From contig OX597818.1 in assembly GCA_951406725.2 (NCBI GenBank), positions 125,364,001-125,428,000 on the forward strand: a DNA stretch of 64,000 nucleotides, given 5' to 3'. Source of the stretch: Octopus vulgaris. Lineage: Eukaryota. The notes below the pieces were generated by a model. The model was not told the DNA's origin, did no database searches, and saw only the letters and a list, made by a program, of their open reading frames with translations. How positions within the stretch are numbered: position 1 is the stretch's first letter; each line of letters starts with the position of its first letter. Below are positions 54,018 through 64,000 of this stretch, piece by piece. The position numbers and the translations under genes were made by a program.

Positions 54018-54319
54018 ATGGCACTTCGTCGGTTACGACGACGTGAGTTCCACTTGATCCTATCGATGGAACAGCCCGCTCGTAAAATTAACGGGGTGAA
54101 ATTAACGGGTACTCTTAACGTAGTTCTCAGGGAGATTCAGCGTGACACAGAATGTGACAAGGCCGGCCCTTTGAAATACAGGTGCAACTCATTTTTACCA
54201 GCAAGGTGGACTGGAGTAACGTGAAATAAAGTGTCTTGCTCGAGAACACAACGCGTCACCGGGAATTGAACTCACGATCGTGAGCCGAATAACCTTAACA
54301 CCTAATCCACGTGCCTTCA
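54018..54319 (-). mobile_element. tRNA-derived SINE (head type C, tail 3)
   Basis: Reverse-complement homolog of 42163-42467. Confidence 0.8.
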
Positions 54320-54326
54320 CGATACA

Positions 54327-54373
<47 letters not shown>

Positions 54374-54418
54374 ACATACATACATATATATATATACATA
54401 TATATATATATGTATGTG

Positions 54419-54464
<46 letters not shown>

Positions 54465-54473
54465 CATACACAC

Positions 54474-54555
<82 letters not shown>

Positions 54556-56194
54556 GTGGGGGAATGGGGTAGGGACTGAAATTTCAAAATGCCGATTTTT
54601 GCAATTTTCCGGAATCTCCGTATCCGAAAACGGGGTTTTTTTTTTAAAAAAAAAAAAAAACCGAAAAAATTTTTTTGGGGGGGGGAGGAAGTTTCTCCCC
54701 CCCAAAAGTCCCATTATATTTTTTATTATTAAATATTATTAGGAATTGTATAATAAAAATTGCTAAAATATTTTGTGTGCTGTGCAAGTATCAACAATTT
54801 ATTGGACATAAATTTTAACAGTAAAATCTTATGTGACACTCCCGCCCCGCCCCCAAGGGCCATGGTAAACCTGGTTGAAAACCATTGAAGTATTGAACAT
54901 GGCAATTCACCAGCCCCTCCCACCTTTCATTCTTCACTGCCTTCTCCCGGCCAGCCTCTTTCACCATTTTAAAACACGCTGACCTAGGTGAGAGTCAAAG
55001 TATCCCGCAAACCGTTAATTATTTTACCTATCGAGAGCGATTGTGTCCGGCCTGTAGGCTAAGGCAGGCGGTCAGACTGACAGAAAAGAGCACAAACAGA
55101 ACAACAACAACAAAAATAAGTTTACAAAATAGAGTGTATAAAAAAAAGAATAATGATGTGAGCGTGTTAGCATGATGTTGGGAAAGCTAAAGAAAAAAAA
55201 TAAAACAAAATACTTTAAGAGGAGGGAAGGAGAGGTAGAGAGAGATGAAACAAATGAACGAAAAGAAGAGATCAAATATATATAAAATATATAAAGATAA
55301 GAAATATTTGCGTGCAGAAATGGAAGTCTTGTTACTGTAGTACGAGAAAATTAATACAAATAAATATATAGATAAATAAATAAATAGATAAATAAACAAA
55401 TAATTAAAAGGAAAGGAAAAGAATAAAGCAACTGTAGTTCTTTACCTGTGGTAGATAAAACACTTCCGGTCGAGGGTAACCGAACCAGATATTTTTGGCT
55501 GCAAACTCCGACTTGAAAAAATTTCTCATTTTGCGTGTCGTTTTATATATATTTTCCCCGACTTGTTATTATTGTTGTTATCGTTGTCTTAGTTGTTGTT
55601 GATACAATTTGATAACTTTCAGTTATATTTTTGTTGGTGCTTTTTTGTTGAGGTTGTGGATATACATGTATATATTTCTTTTATTCTTTTACTTGTTTCA
55701 GTCATTGGACTGCTGCGAAGAACGTACTGCTGGTCTTAGCACCTTGAAACTGCTTATTAGCCGATAAAATCGATCCTAATCCTTACTTGGTGTTTTTAAA
55801 GTCTGCGAGTAACTTATTCCATCTGAATACGTTATTTTTACGTATCGTTGTAATATTTTGTCATTTGTATGCGTGTATGAATTTAAATATTGCTGTATGT
55901 GTTTATATATTTATTGGTGTGTTTTCCCTCGGATCTTGTCTATTTAAATATATATATATATATAAACAAAATTTTCGTTTAATACAGTATCACTTAATAT
56001 CCTTTTATGATAAACACGGCTTGTCAAATAATCGTTTTAGAAATATCTCCACCGCAAACCGCAACTAAATATTATTTTCACAAAAATATATTTATTTTAT
56101 AGTTTGCACATGTAAACACAGTTTCACACACGCATAAACAGGTACGCAAGCACATGCAAACCGACTTAGATACACTTAGATATGTATAAAGAGA

Positions 56195-56284
<90 letters not shown>

Positions 56285-56491
56285 ATTACTGTAAGTGTTT
56301 AATGTATGTAAACCAAATTGGGTGTATGTGTGTAGATGTATGGTTTTATATGCGCAAATATGTATATATGTATGTGTGTATTTGTAGCTATAAAGTTAAT
56401 GTGTATATATCTTTATCACGAATTACATGCATGTTTACACATATAGATATATAAATCTTTATATATATACATATAGATTTATCGGTAGATG

Positions 56492-56547
<56 letters not shown>

Positions 56548-57820
56548 CACAGACAGATAGATATGCTTATAGCTTTTATAATGATATGGTAGGTATCCGA
56601 TATTATTGTTTCTGTGAAGTAAATATCACACGTAGAGTTTATATTCCACGTTTTCGGTGTTGTTTTCTTTTTTTTTTTTGTATATATATTTTTAGTCTTT
56701 GTTGTTGTTGTTGTTGTTGTTGTTGTCAATGCTTATTTTCCACTGTAAAGGTTTCACCGTGTGATAAAGAGTAAAAAAAAGTGGTGTGGCTTTTAACCGG
56801 ACTAACATCAAACTGATGCAGAAGAAATACGGGAAACAATATTAAAACACGCAGGCACACACACCGTACAAACGTACACACGTTAGCACAGACACACCCA
56901 TCTCTCAATCGTCCTGCGCATAGACATATACACACGCGCACACACACGCACGCACGCATACAGGCACATACATATAGATGGATATATACACAATAATAAT
57001 AACAATAACAATGTTTTTTTTTTCCCCTCCTTCCACTACCACCATCCATCACCCAGTGATGTATGTGTCTGAAAGTAGAGGTGGCAGGAGACAGACAGAG
57101 AGAGAGAAAAATACACAGGAAGGGGGTGTGACTTAAAAAGGGGGAGTGACTGATGATGATGTTACGAGTGTTTGTGTGTGTGTGTATATATACATATTTG
57201 TGTGCGTGCGTGTGTGTGTGTTTGTGTGCGTGTGTGTGTGTGTTTGTGTTTATGTGTGTGTGTGTTTATGTGTGTTTGTGTGTGTGTGTGTTTGTGTGCG
57301 TGCGTGTGTGTGTGTGTGTATATATATATATACATATTTGTGTGCGTGCGTGTGTCTGTTTGTGTGTGTGTTTGTGTGCGTGTGTGTGTTTGTGTGCGTG
57401 TGTGTGTGTTTGTGTGCGTGCGTGTGTGTGTGTTTGTGTGCGTGTGTGTGTGTGTGTTTGTGTGCGTGCGTGTGTGTGTGTGTTAATATATGGTTATAGA
57501 GTCGTGAGTGTTTTCGGTGGTGTTGATACTAGAGAGGGGGAGGGGGGAAGAGAATGAGGACTTGTGAGCGGGTGCGTGAGAGAAAGAGAAAGAAAAAAAG
57601 AGAAAGAATGATAGATAGATATGAAGAGAAATAAAGAAGAGAGAAGGGAAATAAGAAAAAAGAGAGGAGGAGATGAAAGAGAGAGAGGGAGAGAGAGAGA
57701 GAGAGAGAGATAATGAGAGGGAGATGGGATATGTAGAAGGGGATAGAAGGTGAAATAAGGGCAGAACCGCGAACTTGTTTGTATACGGTGATTTGTACGG
57801 GTCTGTGTGTCCTTGTGAAC

Positions 57821-57862
<42 letters not shown>

Positions 57863-58019
57863 ATATATGAAAACACCCGTGTATGTACGTGTGTGTATGT
57901 TTAAGTTCCTTTGTTTCCTTATAAATCTGTTTACCACCGATTTTTTATCTACATGTGCGTGCGTTTGTGTGTATGTTTGTATGTATGTATGTATGTATGT
58001 ATGTATGTATGTATGTATG

Positions 58020-58141
<122 letters not shown>

Positions 58142-58147
58142 ATCTAC

Positions 58148-58191
<44 letters not shown>

Positions 58192-58276
58192 TTATCTATC
58201 TATCTATCTACCTACCTACCTGCCTACCTACCTACCTGTCTATCTATCTATCCATCCATCCATCCATCCATCCATC

Positions 58277-58357
<81 letters not shown>

Positions 58358-58981
58358 ATATGCATGGTTGCGTCTGTGTTATGTCTTTGTACGTCTCTCA
58401 ATGTATGTGTACACCTGTGAGTTTTCATTCATGTGCATACATACATGTGCATATATATATATATATATATACGCGCACAGACACACATACACACATACAC
58501 ACATTTATGCATATATATATATATGCTATATGCTTATATATTTAAATATATTTTCATATCTTTACGTATATATTTAAATATACACACACATATATAATTA
58601 TAATTATGAATTTTAGGTTAAACAACGAAGCCCTGCTTATAGTTTTGACACAGTGTTAACGGGTTCTTTGTTTAAAATTTCCTTTCGACCGACCAAAATA
58701 ACCACTAATTATAAGTCTCTCTACGCTCGTTTACATCATTTTACCCTAAATATTTTCCGTGTTTTTATATTACAAATACTTCTTGTTATATTGTATATTT
58801 GATTGCATATTTACTATTTTGATTAATTCTTTTATTTTTTATAGACTTTTGTTGCGGCAACCGTTGTTATTGTCCTCCTGGTTGGTTATCATCGTACGCA
58901 ACGTACTTACGTACTAACACATCATAACATACATACATGCATACATACATACATACATACATACATACAAGAACACACGCT

Positions 58982-59320
<339 letters not shown>

Positions 59321-59877
59321 AATATATATATTGTTGTATTTCGGAATGGTCATTTTGCCAGTTTAGCCAATAAAAACACACGCACTATATATTTGGTGTT
59401 ACCTTGCTTCAGTGTTATTTATTTTTACATTAATCTTTTTTTTTTTATTTTCTGAAAGAAATTAAAATTTTTTTTTTATTATTACTAGTATTGTTGTTAT
59501 ACATACATACATACCTACATACAAGCATACGTAATAATAATGATAATGATATTGATAATATGTTATTTAAAATGTATTTAACTACTACCAAATGTGTTGA
59601 ATGTTTCTTATGTTTGTGTGTGTGCGCGAACACGCCCCCTCCCACGCACTTGTATTTGTAAGAGTACTAAAATCCAGGTTGTACGAGGGGTGCAAGCAAC
59701 CCTTGGGACAGTACAAAAAGGACTGAAGCCAATATTAACTTGCTTTAAGAGAACAGATTACATTACCACTTTCTTAAAACGAACTGTTGACGTTTGAATT
59801 GATAAGCTTCAAATTTGCCCACTTAAATGTTTCTATTCTACCTGTTATGTTTAGCCCCTTGCTGGCAATAAAGAATT

Positions 59878-59941
<64 letters not shown>

Positions 59942-59999
59942 CAAACTTACTTAGAAATGGATGCGTGCGTTCTGTCGTATAAAAACAAATTAATAAATA

Positions 60000-60350
60000 A
60001 AACAAACAAGGACAGACAAAGGCAATAAGTCGATTACATCGACCCCAGCGCGTAACTGGTACTTATTTAATCGACCCCGAAAGGATGAAAGGCAAAGTCG
60101 ACCTCGACGGAATTTGTACTCAGAACGTAGCGGCAGACGAAATACCTATTTCTTTACTACCCACAAGGGGCTAGAGGACAAACAGGGACAGACATACGGA
60201 TTAAGTCGATTATATCGACCCCAGTGCGTAACTGGTACTTAATTTATCGACCCCGAAAAGATGAAAGGCAAAGTTGACCTCAGCGGAATTTGAACTCAGA
60301 ACGTAACGGCAGACGAAATACCGCTAGCGATTCTGCCAGCTCGCCGCCTT
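60000..60350 (-). mobile_element. Dimeric type D SINE
   Basis: A head plus two units joined at 60146/60147 (AAAGAAATA|GGTATTTCGTC on the minus strand). Confidence 0.85.
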
Positions 60351-60921
60351 CACCCCCCCCACACAAAGAAACAATCACATTCATATGTATATGCGACTGC
60401 TATTAATAAACACTATTTTGCTTGGTCCCTTAGAGGTTGTGGTAATTTTTCCGAAGTGATCTTCGCAAAACCTCCTGAAAGTAAAAAAAATATACATGCA
60501 CACACATATATATGACTCGGTAGATATACAGGTAAATGAATAAGGATAGATAGGTATGCAATACATACACAAATATACATATAAAATAAAAAGCTTGTTC
60601 CGTATTCAGTCCCGCAAGGTGATACCTTGGGCAGGTGTCTTCTACAGTAGCCTCGAGCCGAGCATTTTGACTGACAATCGATTACGGCAACAGGTTTTCC
60701 CGTTGATCTGATCAGTGGAACAGCCCTCGCATGAAATTTATGTGGAAGCGGCTGAGCACTCCACACAGACGCGTACCCATAAGATAGTTTTATTCATAGG
60801 AAAATTCAGCGTGACACAGAATGTAAGAAGGCAGGCTCTATCAAATATAGAGGTATGACTCCATTTTGCCAGCTAACTCATTTTTGCCAACGTGAGATAA
60901 TACATACATAATGCATACACA

Positions 60922-61229
60922 CATCCAAACTACAGATCCAATCCATCACTGGAACTGTGAAAATCTGTAAAACTTTCTAGAAGTTTATTATTTAAGTATA
61001 TATGAGCATGTTTAAATATACAATGATGTGCATGAGAAGGCATACAGAAAACAAAACAAACAAATCTGCGCATATACATACATATATACATACATACATA
61101 CATACATACATACATACACACATACATACCCTGTTGTTGATGTTGAAATTCCAATGAAGGAGGCTTGGATCTAGGTTAGAAACCGGCTCTTTCTCTATTG
61201 GTAAGAAATAATGAAATAAAACTGAAGAA
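60922..61229 (+). mobile_element. R4/Dong-like LINE 3' end (short copy)
   Basis: LQIQSITGTVKICKTF...; the 3' UTR is homologous to 63390-63604 and ends at (CATA)n. Confidence 0.7.
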
Positions 61230-61249
61230 CATACATACATACGTGTGTA

Positions 61250-61292
<43 letters not shown>

Positions 61293-61301
61293 ATACATAC
61301 A

Positions 61302-61370
<69 letters not shown>

Positions 61371-61394
61371 AGAGAGAGAGAGAGAGAGGGAGAG

Positions 61395-61635
61395 ATTAGG
61401 TCATTCTATTAGTTAAGTCCGGACGTCTATATTTTCAATTTGCAAACGCTTTAATAGTACCTTAGAATAAATAACCTTTACATGTATTTAGACATATTTA
61501 ATCTAATTAAAATCCATTTTGCAGGATAATCAAATTGAAATTTCACTAATTATAGCTCTTCAAACATGAAAGTGTCTAAAGAGCATTTGAATCACACAGA
61601 CATTTATATATTTTTTGATGAAATTTTTTTTTCTG
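61395..61635 (+). mobile_element. Possible internally deleted mariner remnant
   Basis: TTAGGTCATTCTATTAGTT resembles a mariner TIR. ATG at 61566 gives MKVSKEHLNH, similar to mariner N-termini. No second TIR was found. Confidence 0.3.
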
Positions 61636-61661
61636 TAAAAAAAACTTCATCCTATATTAGT

Positions 61662-61705
<44 letters not shown>

Positions 61706-61897
61706 CAAAATGGGACAAGAACGCAAAACATCCGGACAGTTAGGTGATATAAAATGAGACAACATTCAGATAGACGATGCAAAGAAACCAAGGATGGGTC
61801 ATTCGAAGTTTTCTTTCCTCAGTCGAGTACCAGATTATCTTCGCAATTTCTGCTGGTTATACTCGAGATTGCTCCAATCTGGTCAGCTCTAAGGAAA

Positions 61898-62206
61898 GGG
61901 CCGACCAAAGCCTTGTGAGTGGATTTGGTAGACGGAAACTGAAAGAAGCCTGTCGTATATATGTATATATATGTATATATGTATGTGTGTTTGTGTTTGT
62001 ATGTCTGTGTTTGTCCCCCTAGCATTGCTTGACAACCGATGCTGGTGTGTTTACGTCCCCGTCACTTAGCGGTTCGGCAAAAAGAGACCGATAGAATAAG
62101 TACTGGGCTTATAAAGAATAAGTCCCGGGGTCGAGTTGCTCGACTAAAGGCGGTGCTCCAGCATGGCCGCAGTCAAATGACTGAAACAAGTAAAAGAGTA
62201 AAAGAG
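61898..62206 (+). mobile_element. SINE type A, 5'-truncated
   Basis: Begins at GGGCCGACCAAAGCC, directly fused to the 61703-61897 element. Confidence 0.85.
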
Positions 62207-62542
62207 TATATATATATATGTATATATAGTTCTATCCACTCGTGTGGTCCTAGGAATTCGATTTGAAATTATTGTTGCTTGTGTGTTAATAACGCTATAT
62301 CATTAACGCTATGTGACCCGCGTTGATAAAGAACAGCCCAATATCTAGAATCCATCTCGTACACTCTCCTTTCGGATCTCTGTGCATCACGAGTTAGGTT
62401 CGATGAAAAAGCCTACGAAACTTTAAGTTGCATGGACCGAATCAAAATGCTACTTAACAGATATATGTAACTTGTACCGAGTGTGCTGAGTGCTACTTTC
62501 TTTCGTTTACACACTCATACATACATACATACATACATACAT

Positions 62543-62969
62543 AGGCGCAGGAGGGGCTGTGTGGTAAGTAGCTTGCTTACCAACCACATGGTTCCGGGTT
62601 CAGTCCCACTGCGTGGCACCTTGGGCAAGTGTCTTCTGCTATAGCCTCGGGCCGACCAAAGCCTTGTGAGTGGATTTGGTAGACGGAAACTGAAAGAAGC
62701 CTGTCGTATATATGTATATATATATATATATGTGTGTGTGTCTGTGTGTGTTTGTGTGTCTGTGTTTGTCCCCCCAACATCGCTTGACAACCGATGCTGG
62801 TGTGTTTATGTTCCCGTTACTTAGCAGTTTGGCAAAAGAGACCGATAGAATAAGTACTGGGCTTACAAACGAATAAGTCCCGGGGTCGAGTTGCTCGATT
62901 AAAGGCGGTGCTCCAGCATGGCCGCAGTCAAATGACTGAAACAAGTAAAAGAGTAAGGGAGTAAAAGAG
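62543..62969 (+). mobile_element. SINE type A, full length
   Basis: Near-identical to 23573-24000. Confidence 0.9.
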
Positions 62970-63036
62970 TATACATACATACATACACACATACATACAT
63001 ACATACATTCACACATACACACACATACATACACTC

Positions 63037-63604
63037 ATAATAAAAAGGAGTACTGAAGACCTCAATAAAATATAAGCACAACTGACCTGATATAGTGATT
63101 TGGGATTGAGAAAAGAAACTGTGTACAGTTGTGGAAATTAGCTGCCCATCCGGTGTTAACATAGAGCTGAAGATCAGTGAAAAAGAGAACACCTACGTTG
63201 AACTATTGAAAAGTCTGCAGTTACTATATCCAGATTACAAGTTCTGGTTTATACCTGTAATTATTGGGGCCCTGGGATGCGTAACACACTGCTTAAATAC
63301 CTATCGTGAGAATTTAGGCTTCTCAAAACAAGAAAGGAGAAAGCTAATTCAAAGACTACAATCGCTGGAACTTTCCAGAAGTTTTTTTTTTATTTAAGTA
63401 TATATGAGCATGTCTAGATATGCAACGATATGCACGAGAATACATACACACATAAAACAAAACAAAAATCTACACATATATGTACATACACACAAATATA
63501 CCGAGTTGTTGATGTTGAAATTCCAATAAGGGAGCCTTGAATCTTGGTTAGAAACTGGCTTTTTCTCTATTGGCAAGAAATCTTGAAATAGAACTGAACA
63601 ATGA
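63037..63604 (+). mobile_element. R4/Dong-like non-LTR retrotransposon 3' fragment (restriction-like endonuclease plus 3' UTR)
   Basis: Hand translation KHN*PDIVIWD*EKKLCTVVEISCP...KENTY..L...IPVIIGALG matches the RLE motif (R)PD-x-E...K..Y...GALG. (CATA)n lies on both sides. Confidence 0.85.
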
Positions 63605-63802
63605 CATACATACATGCATGCATACATACATACATGCATTCATACATAAATGCATACATACATACATGCATGCATACATACATGCATACATGCATGCATG
63701 CATACATACATACATACATATGCACATATATACATACATGCATACATACATACATACATACATACATACATACATACAAACATACATACATACATACATA
63801 CA

Positions 63803-63836
<34 letters not shown>

Positions 63837-64000
63837 CATACACACATACATACAGATATTACATTTATGTGCATGTGTGTGTGTTTGTATGTATGTACGT
63901 ACGTATGTATGTATGTACGTATGTAATTATGTATATGTAAATATAAACAGCATCACAGCCTATTTCTGATCCAGCACAGGAAGCAATGTTTCTCTGTAAT

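Noticed and set aside
54555-54900. Unusual homopolymer-rich, GC-skewed block
   Set aside because: Inflated homopolymers right after a long (TA)n look like low-quality sequence rather than biology.
59682-59700. TACGAGGGG mariner TIR-like start
   Set aside because: No partner TIR or transposase sequence was found.
61145-61195. CCAATGA...GAAACCGGCTC hammerhead-like motif (also about 63520-63565)
   Set aside because: The core lacks G5, the stems are inconsistent between the two copies, and it lies in the R4/Dong 3' UTR.

Overview
AT-rich eukaryotic DNA dominated by microsatellites and interspersed repeats. The SINE families and the (TA)n/(CATA)n/(TAGA)n load look like an Octopus (cephalopod) genome; this is inferred from repeat style, not checked. 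I recognise no intact host protein-coding gene, and nearly all listed ORFs are translated microsatellites. Recognisable content: one complete but frameshifted irritans-type mariner (34539-35819); remnants of other Tc1/mariner elements, a hAT MITE and possible Helitron ends; 5'-truncated LINE ends (RTE, RTE-X, R4/Dong); a Neptune-type Penelope-like element (PLE) fragment with GIY-YIG endonuclease and inverted pLTR (8674-9643); and many tRNA-derived SINEs built from interchangeable heads and tails. The most notable hidden signal is more than a dozen minimal type-I hammerhead-ribozyme (HHR) motifs with covarying stems and recurring non-canonical cores. They sit in short PLE-like elements inserted in (TA)n tracts, and one cassette holds three hammerheads in an inverted-plus-tandem arrangement (48464-48778).
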